Of a stretch of DNA of 49,057 nt, positions 18,739 through 28,089 are shown one piece after another (within the stretch, counting starts at the first letter, position 1; each line of letters starts with the position of its first letter). The DNA lies in contig CAZZMB010000007.1 in assembly GCA_964655225.1 (NCBI GenBank), positions 15,351 through 64,407 of the forward strand, read 5' to 3'. The stretch is from an uncultured Chitinophagales bacterium (GTDB lineage: Bacteria > Bacteroidota > Bacteroidia > Chitinophagales > UBA8649). The position numbers and the translations under genes are program-made. Under the pieces are notes generated by a model, which saw nothing but the letters and a program-made list of their open reading frames with translations, did no database searches and had not been told where the DNA came from.

Positions 18739-19749
18739 CTATAAAAATTGAGCCTTATCAAGATTCAACCAGCTCAAAGTAGAATTACAGAAAATGTCAT
18801 CTACTGTTTCTTCCGATAATCCCATTTCACTTATAAACTTTCCAATTTCCAAATCTCCAAGAGGAAAGGGGTAATCTGTTCCTAAACACACTCGATTGCT
18901 TCCCTGTAAATCGAGTACATAGTTTAACATCTTATCATCATGAGTGATACTGTCTACCCAAAATTTACCTAAATATTCTTTGGGGTTGACCGGATTATCA
19001 ATAGCCACAAGATCAGGTCGACAATTAAAACCATGCTCCACCCGACCTATTGTAGATAAGAAAGAACCACTAGCATGAGAAAAACAAAAACGTAGTTTCG
19101 GAAATTTCTCCAAAACTCCTGAAAAAATAAGGGAACAAATCGCTCTACTCGTTTCTGCAGGCATTCCCACCAACCAAGGCAACCAATACTTCTCCATACT
19201 ATTAAAGCCCATCATATTCCATGGATGAACCATAATCGCCATCCCTAAGCGCTCTGCAGCTTCATATATCGGGAAGAACCGTTCATCGCTTAAATTAATA
19301 TCATTGATATTTGACCCGATTTGAATACCGGGCAAATTAAGTACTGTCTTACATCGCTCTAATTCTTGAATAGCATACGCTGTATCCTGCATGGGTAAAG
19401 TACCCAAAGCAATATAATTTTTAGGATATTTCTGCTGTAGATTTGCAATATCATCATTTAAAAATTGTGCTACTTCTAAACCATCCTTTGGCTTTGCCCA
19501 ATAAGAAAAAAGTACTGGAATCGTACATACTACCTGAACCTGTGTCTCAAATCGTTCATATTCTTTAATACGATATTCTGGATCCCAACAATTAACAAAG
19601 ATCTCCCTAAAAAACTCATTACCCTTCATCATTCGGGCATAATTTTTTTTATGGAAATCCAAATAAATAAAATCTCCATATCCAAACTTATCCGCCCATC
19701 TTGGTATATTCTTAGGTAAGATATGACTATGCATGTCTATTTTCAGCAT
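18739..19749 (-). CDS. Amidohydrolase, probable 2-amino-3-carboxymuconate-6-semialdehyde decarboxylase (ACMSD)
   Basis: IDMHSH, VHPW, WLVGMPAET, GRVEHGF and GTDYPFPLG motifs. Confidence 0.85.
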   Translation of the reverse strand: MLKIDMHSHILPKNIPRWADKFGYGDFIYLDFHKKNYARMMKGNEFFREIFVNCWDPEYRIKEYERFETQVQVVCTIPVLFSYWAKPKDGLEVAQFLNDDIANLQQKYPKNYIALGTLPMQDTAYAIQELERCKTVLNLPGIQIGSNINDINLSDERFFPIYEAAERLGMAIMVHPWNMMGFNSMEKYWLPWLVGMPAETSRAICSLIFSGVLEKFPKLRFCFSHASGSFLSTIGRVEHGFNCRPDLVAIDNPVNPKEYLGKFWVDSITHDDKMLNYVLDLQGSNRVCLGTDYPFPLGDLEIGKFISEMGLSEETVDDIFCNSTLSWLNLDKAQFL

Positions 19750-19827
19750 GCTACAAAGAAACGAAATTTTAATGAAACAACTTGGACAAAAGCCCTTGAG
19801 AAACCGACCCAGTATTCCTGAGTAGTC

Positions 19828-20052
19828 TTATTTACATCTTCCTAATGTATAGCGTATTACTCCGGCACAACTTGCAGCACAACTATTGCTATACGTTTTA
19901 AAATCGCAGCCACAAACAGGGTCATATTGTTGCGTGCAGATACAATCATCCTTGATTACTCCCGTACAATCTTTTTGAATACTCTTTTTATTTGAGCAGC
20001 TCATTAAAAGACCAATGGTTATCAAAACCCCTGTATATAAAAATTTATTCAT
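19828..20052 (-). CDS. Small lipoprotein with Kazal-type protease-inhibitor domain
   Basis: LMSC lipobox; C-TQQYDPV-CGCD-x2-TYSN-x-C motif. Confidence 0.85.
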   Translation of the reverse strand: MNKFLYTGVLITIGLLMSCSNKKSIQKDCTGVIKDDCICTQQYDPVCGCDFKTYSNSCAASCAGVIRYTLGRCK

Positions 20053-20246
20053 CGGTTAGCCTTCTTAGAAAGTAAAATTATTTTTTTGGTGCATTGGTTT
20101 TTTAAACCTCTCCTTATGCAGCTCAAATTTACAAAAAGCCGCTGATATCGTTTTGAATAATTTATGCTTAGATAATTCTACTCAAAACCGGGTAGTCATC
20201 ACGCAATAGAAATATATGTACAAACTAATTTTCATACTTTTCAGCA

Positions 20247-20588
20247 ATGAAATCATTTTGTAAAGAATGCGAATCACCACTTATAGGTAGAATAGACAAA
20301 AAATTTTGCAATGACTATTGTCGTGCAAGTTATCACAGTCGGCAAAACAGAACAAGCAATCAAACCATACGACTGATTAATAATTGTCTTAGACGAAATA
20401 GGAAGATTTTGGAAGATTATTACCTAAAAAATGGACCACTTGTTAATCAAAACTATCTGCTTAGTCAAAATTTCAACTTTACTTTTTGCACGCATCACAT
20501 TGATAAGACACAAGTGAAGCACTATTACGATTACGCTATACAGCCAACTGATTCCATTAATTATGAAATAATTCGAGCAGAGGAATAG
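20247..20588 (+). CDS. Conserved Bacteroidota hypothetical protein with N-terminal Cys4 zinc-finger-like motif
   Basis: CKEC-x4-GRIDKKFC-x3-CR and INNCLRRNRKIL. Confidence 0.8.
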   Translation: MKSFCKECESPLIGRIDKKFCNDYCRASYHSRQNRTSNQTIRLINNCLRRNRKILEDYYLKNGPLVNQNYLLSQNFNFTFCTHHIDKTQVKHYYDYAIQPTDSINYEIIRAEE

Positions 20589-20595
20589 GACTGGA

Positions 20596-21132
20596 TTACC
20601 CTTCGAAGCAGGAAAGAACGAGATCTTTTTCAGAAAGCTTCAATTCTTGCTCAGTTAGCTCCCAGGATATTGCCAGTTTTGGACAGTTATACAATAATCC
20701 ACCTTCACTCTCTTTATTGTAATAGTTATCACATTTATAACTAAATATTGCCGTATCACTTAGCACTAAGAAACCATGTGCAAATCCCCGTGGAATAAAT
20801 AACTGTTTACGATTCTCACCTGAAAGGATAACTGAATAGTGTTTGCCATAGCTTGTTGACCCTTCTCTTAAATCAACCACTACATCCTGAACTACGCCTT
20901 GTAAAACGCGCACTAATTTTGCTTGAGCATACCTACCCTGCTGAAAATGCAATCCACGCAGCACTCCTTTAGTTGATTTAGATTCATTATCTTGAATAAA
21001 ATCAATGTCTAAATTTGTACTAGCCTCAAATATTTTTTTATTAAAGCCTTCATAAAAATACCCTCTATGATCTTGGAAAATAATTGGTTCAATTAACCAT
21101 AAATCCTTCATTCCTAGCGATGTAAACTTCAT
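20596..21132 (-). CDS. rfbC: dTDP-4-dehydrorhamnose 3,5-epimerase
   Basis: DHRGYF, QDNES, RGLHFQ, GFAHGF and YKCD motifs. Confidence 0.96.
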   Translation of the reverse strand: MKFTSLGMKDLWLIEPIIFQDHRGYFYEGFNKKIFEASTNLDIDFIQDNESKSTKGVLRGLHFQQGRYAQAKLVRVLQGVVQDVVVDLREGSTSYGKHYSVILSGENRKQLFIPRGFAHGFLVLSDTAIFSYKCDNYYNKESEGGLLYNCPKLAISWELTEQELKLSEKDLVLSCFEG

Positions 21133-21133
21133 T

Positions 21134-21886
21134 TTATAATACTTTATTCTTCAATTGATCTTGCTGAATCAAATCCATTAAGGATTCACTTTCCAATAGC
21201 TTATCTAAATACATGAGTTGCGTTGGATTATGTAAATCAGTTCCAACGAAATCAATCATTTTTTCACGAATTAAATGCTCCCCTACCTTTTGAGCTACAG
21301 GACCATAACCTCCCACCAAAGAAAATAAGTTAAGCTGAAACAAAACTCCCGAATCTTTGAGTGCTTTTAACTTAGATAAATTCTTGTCAGCCATATAATT
21401 ATAACGCTCAGGATGAGCTAAGATAGGCTTAAATCCATCCACTCCTAAGTTAAAGATCACCGTTTCCCCATTTGTTGGTCGGAACATATAAGAAAATTCA
21501 AACAATATATAATTGTCCCCAAATGGCATTAAATCCTTTTGATTAATTAAATCTTCAAAATGTCCATCCAAATAATATTCGGAAGAGCATTTTAGCTCAA
21601 TGTCTACCTTGTTTTTTTCTAAATAATTATTGAGGCTATCCGCACCCTTTTGGATGATACTGGTGGTATTGTCATATCCTCCACTCATGATGTGAGGCGT
21701 GGTAATCAATTTTGAAAAACCAATATCTTTTAAGCTTGAAATCATTTCCAAAGACTGTTCATTGGATTTTGAACCATCATCAATACCGGGTATCAAATGC
21801 GAATGCATATCTACACCAATGTCGGATAGATCGCTCAGGATCTGTTTAGGTTTTGATTTAAATAAGTCTTTTAAAATACTAAACAC
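21134..21886 (-). CDS. CpsB/CapC-family PHP tyrosine-protein phosphatase
   Basis: DMHSHLIPGIDDG, TPH, AHPERY and GTDLH motifs. Confidence 0.92.
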   Translation of the reverse strand: MFSILKDLFKSKPKQILSDLSDIGVDMHSHLIPGIDDGSKSNEQSLEMISSLKDIGFSKLITTPHIMSGGYDNTTSIIQKGADSLNNYLEKNKVDIELKCSSEYYLDGHFEDLINQKDLMPFGDNYILFEFSYMFRPTNGETVIFNLGVDGFKPILAHPERYNYMADKNLSKLKALKDSGVLFQLNLFSLVGGYGPVAQKVGEHLIREKMIDFVGTDLHNPTQLMYLDKLLESESLMDLIQQDQLKNKVL

Positions 21887-21890
21887 ATCT

Positions 21891-22874
21891 TTATTTATAG
21901 GATTCGATGGTTATTGGTAGTCCATCTTTGAAACTAAACAAAGGTCGATATCCTAATAGTTCCTTAGCTTTTAAAATATCTGCTAAGGAATTCTTTACAT
22001 CACCTTTCCGACTTTCTCTGTGAATTGCTTCTTGCTTGCTTTCTAAGGATTCTCTAATAGAATTATATAAGTAATTGACTGAATAATTCTCTCCATAGGC
22101 TATGTTGTAGATTTGTCCGAAAGCTTGCTCATTTTCACATAACATAGCCCGAATATTTGCTTGGACCGCATTTTCTACAAAAGTAAAATCTCGAGTTTGC
22201 TCGCCATCTCCATCTATGTAAACAGGACTTCTACTTTTTAACTTATCAATAAAAATTGGAATTACGGCGGCATAAGGTCCAGAAGGATCTTGCCTTGGTC
22301 CAAAAACATTAAAGTAACGCAAACCAATAATTTTCATTCCATAAGTCAGCCCAAATACCTTTGCATAAAGTTCATTCGTATACTTGGAGACTGCATAAGG
22401 AGAAAGTGGATCACCAATTTTATCTTCAAATTTTGGCAATGACTTTTCTGTGCCATAAACCGAAGAGGAACTAGCAAATACAATTTTACTCACTTGGCAG
22501 TCTTTTGCTGCTATCATCATGTTTAAAAATCCATCTACATTGATTGAATTTGTACGAGCGGGGTCTTTGATAGATCGAGGAACAGAACCCAATGCAGCCT
22601 GATGAGATAGATAATCTATGCCTTCACAGGCGTGCAAGCAGGTTGCAGTATCCGTGATATCTCCTTCAATAAATTCAAAATTTGGATGGCCTTCCCATTC
22701 TTGAATGTTGGAATAATTTCCTGTAATCAAATTGTCCAATACGCGAACAAGACCGGCCTTGTTTTTAAGTAAGTAGGCCACGATGTGCGAACCAATAAAT
22801 CCTGCTCCACCAGTAACCAAAAACGTCTTGTCTTCAATACTACCTTCATGATATTTATTTTGGTACATCTCCAT
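21891..22874 (-). CDS. SDR nucleotide-sugar C4-epimerase (WbpP/TviC-like)
   Basis: TGGAGFIG, HQAALGSVPRS, YAVSK, LRYFNVFG and YAAVIP motifs; start moved to ATG 22874 (or 22868) to avoid a 71-bp overlap with rfbB. Confidence 0.9.
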   Translation of the reverse strand: MEMYQNKYHEGSIEDKTFLVTGGAGFIGSHIVAYLLKNKAGLVRVLDNLITGNYSNIQEWEGHPNFEFIEGDITDTATCLHACEGIDYLSHQAALGSVPRSIKDPARTNSINVDGFLNMMIAAKDCQVSKIVFASSSSVYGTEKSLPKFEDKIGDPLSPYAVSKYTNELYAKVFGLTYGMKIIGLRYFNVFGPRQDPSGPYAAVIPIFIDKLKSRSPVYIDGDGEQTRDFTFVENAVQANIRAMLCENEQAFGQIYNIAYGENYSVNYLYNSIRESLESKQEAIHRESRKGDVKNSLADILKAKELLGYRPLFSFKDGLPITIESYK

Positions 22875-22875
22875 A

Positions 22876-23922
22876 TTAAGAATTATATTGTTTAATGTAA
22901 TAGTTTTTATATGTTCCGGAGGTAACATTACCCAACCATTCCTCATTTTCCAAATACCAGTCTATTGTTTTTTCTAAACCCTCCACAAACTGAACTGAAG
23001 GCTCAAAGCCTAACTCTTTTTGGATCTTACTTGCATCTATAGCATATCGCAAATCGTGACCAGGCCTATCTTTTACAAAGGTTATCAGTTGCTCATTTGT
23101 GCCCGGATCTCTTTGAAGTTTCTTATCCATTAACCTGCATAAGGTCTTTACTAATTCAATATTTTGCCATTCGTTAAAACCACCAATGTTATAGGTTTCT
23201 CCTTTTTTACCTTGATGAAAAACCAAATCAATTGCTCTAGCATGGTCAAAAACCCACAACCAGTCCCTTGTATATTTGCCATTTCCATATATAGGTAAAG
23301 GCTGATTATTTTTAATATTATTAATACATAGTGGAATTAATTTTTCCGGAAACTGATGAGAACCATAGTTGTTACTGCAATTAGAAATTACCACAGGTAA
23401 TCCGTAGGTGTCATGATAAGCTCTGACGAAATGATCACTGCTTGCTTTTGACGATGAATACGGACTATGAGGGTCATAGGACGTCTCTTCGGTAAAAAAT
23501 CCTGTGTCGCCCAAACTACCATAAACTTCATCCGTGCTGATGTGATAAAATAATTTACCCTCAAAAGATTTCCAATGAAATTTAGCAGCGTTTAATAAGT
23601 TTACTGTTCCGATTACATTAGTCATGACAAATTCCAATGGATTCGATATCGAGCGGTCAACATGCGATTCCGCCGCGAGATGAATAACTCCATCGAATAA
23701 TTCCTTCTCAAACAACTTATGAATAAAGTCCGCATCTACAATGTCTCCTTTTACAAAATTGTAATTTGGATTATCCTCAATATCTTTGAGATTTTCAAGA
23801 TTGCCTGCATAAGTCAACTTATCCAAATTATATATCTGATATTCAGGATATTTCTTCAAAAACAATCGAACCACATGAGAGCCAATAAAACCAGCTCCTC
23901 CTGTTATTAGTATCTTTTTCAT
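22876..23922 (-). CDS. rfbB: dTDP-glucose 4,6-dehydratase
   Basis: DKLTYAGN, AAESHVDRSI, STDEVYG and RPGHDLRY motifs. Confidence 0.97.
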   Translation of the reverse strand: MKKILITGGAGFIGSHVVRLFLKKYPEYQIYNLDKLTYAGNLENLKDIEDNPNYNFVKGDIVDADFIHKLFEKELFDGVIHLAAESHVDRSISNPLEFVMTNVIGTVNLLNAAKFHWKSFEGKLFYHISTDEVYGSLGDTGFFTEETSYDPHSPYSSSKASSDHFVRAYHDTYGLPVVISNCSNNYGSHQFPEKLIPLCINNIKNNQPLPIYGNGKYTRDWLWVFDHARAIDLVFHQGKKGETYNIGGFNEWQNIELVKTLCRLMDKKLQRDPGTNEQLITFVKDRPGHDLRYAIDASKIQKELGFEPSVQFVEGLEKTIDWYLENEEWLGNVTSGTYKNYYIKQYNS

Positions 23923-23929
23923 ACGTTTT

Positions 23930-25219
23930 TTATAACGACCAATATTCTAAACTCTTAATTTTTCCCCTAAAAATACCTTTAATATCTACCAGAATTGAGT
24001 TTTCTGTTGTGATATTATCAAAATACGCATCATCGTATGCTAAATACTTGTCGTGATTAACCGCAACAATTATTGCATCATACTTAGTCTTCACCTCGTC
24101 AATTAGCTCAATTCCATATTCTTCTTTCATCTCTGTTTTTTCAGCATAAGCATCTGTTACATCCACATTAACCGAAAAGCCTTTAAGCTCTTTAATAACA
24201 TCAATAACTTTTGAATTCCTTATATCCGCTACGTCCTCTTTAAAAGTTGATCCCATAACCAAGACTTTAGCGCTAGCAATTTGTTTACCATTCTTGATAA
24301 GCTTTTGAACTAAACGTTGAGCAACGTAAGCACCCATGCTGTCGTTAATTCTTCTACCAGACAAAATCACTTCAGGCTTATATCCTAGACCTATTGCCTT
24401 ATACGTTAAATAGTAAGGATCTACACCAATACAATGCCCCCCGACCAGGCCGGGAAAAAACTTTAAGAAGTTCCATTTTGTTCCTGCTGCTTCTAGAACA
24501 TCAAAGGTATTAATATTCATTTTGTCAAATATCTTAGAAAGCTCATTCATCAGAGCGATATTTAGATCTCTTTGGGTATTTTCAATAATTTTTGCAGCTT
24601 CAGCAACCTTAATGGTTGTTGCACGATGCACACCAGCTTCGACCACTAGCTCATATACCTTCGCAATATTATCAAGTGATTCCTCATCGCATCCAGAAAC
24701 TACCTTTATAATTTTAGTAATAGTATGTTTCTTGTCACCTGGATTGATTCGCTCAGGGGAATAACCTACCTTGAAATCATTTACAAACTTTAATCCTGAC
24801 ATTTTTTCCAATACAGGAATACAATCTTCCTCGGTACAACCAGGATATACTGTAGACTCATAAACTACATAATCCCCCTCAGTTAATGCTTTGCCCACCG
24901 TTTCAGAAGCTTTTAAGACTGGTGTTAAATCGGGAACCTTGTGCAAGTCTACTGGGGTTGGAACAGCGATAATAAAGAAACTTGCATCTTTCAAATCATC
25001 AGGATTAGCGGTGAAATGAATATCAGCTCCTTTAAAGGCTTCTTGTTCAAGCTCTTGGCTAGGATCCACTCCATTTTTCATCATTTCTATTCGACCAGGA
25101 TGAATATCAAAGCCAATAACCGAAACACTCTTAGCAAACTCAAGTGCAATTGGTAAGCCCACATAACCTAGGCCAATAATTGCTATTTTTTTCTCTTTGT
25201 TAAGTAATTCCTTGTACAT
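23930..25219 (-). CDS. UDP-N-acetylhexosamine 6-dehydrogenase (TviB/WbpO-like)
   Basis: GLGYVGLP, ESTVYPG, SPERINPG, ENTQRD and GGHCIGVDPYYL motifs. Confidence 0.92.
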   Translation of the reverse strand: MYKELLNKEKKIAIIGLGYVGLPIALEFAKSVSVIGFDIHPGRIEMMKNGVDPSQELEQEAFKGADIHFTANPDDLKDASFFIIAVPTPVDLHKVPDLTPVLKASETVGKALTEGDYVVYESTVYPGCTEEDCIPVLEKMSGLKFVNDFKVGYSPERINPGDKKHTITKIIKVVSGCDEESLDNIAKVYELVVEAGVHRATTIKVAEAAKIIENTQRDLNIALMNELSKIFDKMNINTFDVLEAAGTKWNFLKFFPGLVGGHCIGVDPYYLTYKAIGLGYKPEVILSGRRINDSMGAYVAQRLVQKLIKNGKQIASAKVLVMGSTFKEDVADIRNSKVIDVIKELKGFSVNVDVTDAYAEKTEMKEEYGIELIDEVKTKYDAIIVAVNHDKYLAYDDAYFDNITTENSILVDIKGIFRGKIKSLEYWSL

Positions 25220-25222
25220 ATG

Positions 25223-25795
25223 CTATATTTTTGTAACTCTATCTGTTTCTAATTTATATTCTTCGCCGCTTTCAGGACAAGTAGCAATGCCGTCTTCATT
25301 AAATTTTAGCCGGTGACCAAACTCGCTCATCCAACCTATCATTTTTCCCGGATTTCCCACCCATAACGAGTAGGATGGCACATCTTCGATAATCACTGTT
25401 CCAGCACCTATAAAAGCAAATTCACCGATATCATTCCCACAAATAATTGTTGCATTCGCACCTATACTTGCTCCCCTCCCTACATTTGTGCGCATGAATT
25501 GATTTTTTCTATCCACCGCACTTCTAGGATTTATAACATTAGTGAAAACCATAGAAGGACCCAAAAATACATCATCTTCACAGACAACTCCAGTGTAGAT
25601 GGAAACGTTATTTTGAACTTTCACATTATTCCCTAAGACCACATCTGAGGAAACGACTACATTTTGACCTAAATTACAGTTTTTACCGAGCTTAGCCTTA
25701 GGCATTATATGGGTAAAATGCCAAATTTTTGTGCCATGCCCTATTTCACAATCTTCATCGATTACTGCAGTTGGATGTGCATAATACGTGCTCAT
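25223..25795 (-). CDS. WbpD-like hexapeptide N-acetyltransferase
   Basis: TKIWHF, KVQNNVSIY and GPSMVFTNV-x-NPRS motifs; C-terminal CPESG. Confidence 0.88.
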   Translation of the reverse strand: MSTYYAHPTAVIDEDCEIGHGTKIWHFTHIMPKAKLGKNCNLGQNVVVSSDVVLGNNVKVQNNVSIYTGVVCEDDVFLGPSMVFTNVINPRSAVDRKNQFMRTNVGRGASIGANATIICGNDIGEFAFIGAGTVIIEDVPSYSLWVGNPGKMIGWMSEFGHRLKFNEDGIATCPESGEEYKLETDRVTKI

Positions 25796-25800
25796 ATTTA

Positions 25801-26784
25801 TTACCGTTTATAATTACTAAAATCATTATGATCTTTCTTGTGCAATTCCTCCTGACTAAGTTGCTTGAAATACTCATATGTCATCGCTAATCCTTCTCTT
25901 CTAGACACCTTTGGGCTCCAATTTAAGAACTCTTTAGCTCGACTTATATCCGGTTGCCTTTGTTTTGGATCATCGATAGGTAAGTCTTTCAAAACGACCT
26001 GCTGTTTTGTATTTGTAAGCATTATGATCTCTTCAGCGAACTCTTTGATGCTAATTTCATCCGGATTACCAATGTTTACAGGTTGAACATGATCACTCAA
26101 TAATAAACGATAAATTCCTTCAACTAGATCGTCCACATAGCAAAAAGACCTTGTTTGTGAGCCATCACCAAAGACCGTTATATCTTCCCCACGCAACGCT
26201 TGCCCAATGAATGCCGGCAAAGCACGGCCATCATTCAACCTCATTCTTGGGCCATAGGTATTAAAGATTCTAACTATCCTAGTTTCCACTTTATGATAGG
26301 TATGATAAGCCATTGTTAAAGCCTCTTGAAATCTTTTCGCTTCATCATAAACACCTCTTGGACCAATCGGATTTACATTGCCCCAATACTCTTCGTTTTG
26401 AGGATGAACCTGAGGATCTCCATAAATCTCAGAAGTGGAGGCCACCAGAATTCTAGCATTTTTTGCTTTTGCTAAACCCAGACAATTATGTGTTCCTAAT
26501 GAACTCACTTTTAATGTTTGAATGGGTATTTTTAAATAATCTATAGGACTTGCTGGAGATGCAAAATGTAAAACATAATCCAAATCTCCGGAAATATGAA
26601 TAAAGTTAGTTACATCATGGCGGTAAAACTCAAAATTTGGTAGTTTAAAAAGGTGTTGAATATTTTCCATTCTTCCCGTAATCAAATTATCCATTCCAAT
26701 TACATAATAACCTTCTTTGATAAATCGATCACACAAATGTGATCCTAAAAACCCCGCTGCTCCTGTAACTAATATTTTTTTCAT
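25801..26784 (-). CDS. UDP-glucuronate decarboxylase (UDP-xylose synthase)
   Basis: [29 protein letters not shown] and [10 protein letters not shown] motifs. Confidence 0.93.
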   Translation of the reverse strand: MKKILVTGAAGFLGSHLCDRFIKEGYYVIGMDNLITGRMENIQHLFKLPNFEFYRHDVTNFIHISGDLDYVLHFASPASPIDYLKIPIQTLKVSSLGTHNCLGLAKAKNARILVASTSEIYGDPQVHPQNEEYWGNVNPIGPRGVYDEAKRFQEALTMAYHTYHKVETRIVRIFNTYGPRMRLNDGRALPAFIGQALRGEDITVFGDGSQTRSFCYVDDLVEGIYRLLLSDHVQPVNIGNPDEISIKEFAEEIIMLTNTKQQVVLKDLPIDDPKQRQPDISRAKEFLNWSPKVSRREGLAMTYEYFKQLSQEELHKKDHNDFSNYKR

Positions 26785-26787
26785 GCG

Positions 26788-28089
26788 CTATGGTCGTCCA
26801 ATACTAAAATAACTAAACCCTAATTCTTTCACTTGATTTTTTTCATAAATATTTCTACCATCAAAGATAGTTTTGTCTTTTAAATTTTTTGCAAGCTTTT
26901 CAAAATCAGGTGTTCGAAACACTGACCACTCTGTAGCTACAATCAAAAAATCAGCATTTTCGGTTGCCTCATACATCGATTTACAAAAAGTAACTTTATC
27001 TCCAAAAACCGCTTCTACATTATCCATTGCCTCTGGATCATAAGCCATAACTTCACAACCTTCCGCCAACAAATTGGTAATTATTTCTAAGGCTGGAGCT
27101 TCTCTTATATCATCAGTATTTGGTTTAAATGCCAGCCCCCAAATTGCAACTTTTTTACCCTTAATTCCTCCTTGATAAGCTGCTTTAACTCGATTAAAAA
27201 ACAATTGCTTCTGGTTGGCATTCACATCCATAACCGCATTTAAAATCTTAAAGTCATAGTCATAGTCTTTTGCAGTTCTTTCTAAAGCTTGCACGTCTTT
27301 AGGGAAGCAACTTCCTCCATAACCAATGCCCGCGAACAAGAATCTTTTACCAATTCTTTCATCTGAGCCCATTCCCTTTCTTATCATGTCAACATTAGCA
27401 CCTGTTCTTTCGCACAGATTTGCTATTTCGTTCATGAACGAAATTTTCGTTGCTAAAAATGAATTAGCCGCATATTTTGTTAACTCAGCAGATCGCTCGT
27501 CCATAAAGACCAAAGGATTACCTGACATCACATAAGGCTTATAGAGTCGTTCCATTATTTTCTTCGCCTTTTCAGAGGAAGTTCCAATAACCACTCGATC
27601 AGGTTTCATAAAGTCATCGACAGCAACTCCCTCTCTTAAAAACTCTGGATTTGAAACTACATCGAAATCAACAGTAGCATTTTTCGAAATCGCTGCATAA
27701 ACCAAATCTGCAGTTCCTACAGGCACCGTGCTCTTATCCACGATAACTTTATACTCCTTAATCATTGTACCTAGCTTTTCTGCCATGCCTAGCACATAAG
27801 ATAAATCTGCAGCGCCATCCCCACCTGGAGGTGTTGGTAGTGCTAAAAAAACAATATCGGTATTATCAATGGCATATTCCAAATCGGTTGTAAAACTTAG
27901 ACGACCTTGATCTACATTACGTTCCAATAAAAGTTCGAGTCCTGGCTCATAAATAGTACATTCTTTCCTAGTAAGTCTCTCCACTTTATTTTTATCAATA
28001 TCTACACAGATAACTGAATTTCCTGTCTCAGCAAAACAGGTACCCGAAACGAGCCCTACATAACCTGTTCCAATCACACTAATTTTCAT
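26788..28089 (-). CDS. ugd: UDP-glucose 6-dehydrogenase
   Basis: GTGYVG, KSTVPVGT, NPEFLREG, GYGGSCFPKD and FKPNTDD motifs. Confidence 0.95.
   Translation of the reverse strand: MKISVIGTGYVGLVSGTCFAETGNSVICVDIDKNKVERLTRKECTIYEPGLELLLERNVDQGRLSFTTDLEYAIDNTDIVFLALPTPPGGDGAADLSYVLGMAEKLGTMIKEYKVIVDKSTVPVGTADLVYAAISKNATVDFDVVSNPEFLREGVAVDDFMKPDRVVIGTSSEKAKKIMERLYKPYVMSGNPLVFMDERSAELTKYAANSFLATKISFMNEIANLCERTGANVDMIRKGMGSDERIGKRFLFAGIGYGGSCFPKDVQALERTAKDYDYDFKILNAVMDVNANQKQLFFNRVKAAYQGGIKGKKVAIWGLAFKPNTDDIREAPALEIITNLLAEGCEVMAYDPEAMDNVEAVFGDKVTFCKSMYEATENADFLIVATEWSVFRTPDFEKLAKNLKDKTIFDGRNIYEKNQVKELGFSYFSIGRP

Noticed and set aside
22875-22946. N-terminal extension of the epimerase overlapping rfbB
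   Set aside because: An in-frame ATG at 22874 directly after the rfbB stop is more plausible
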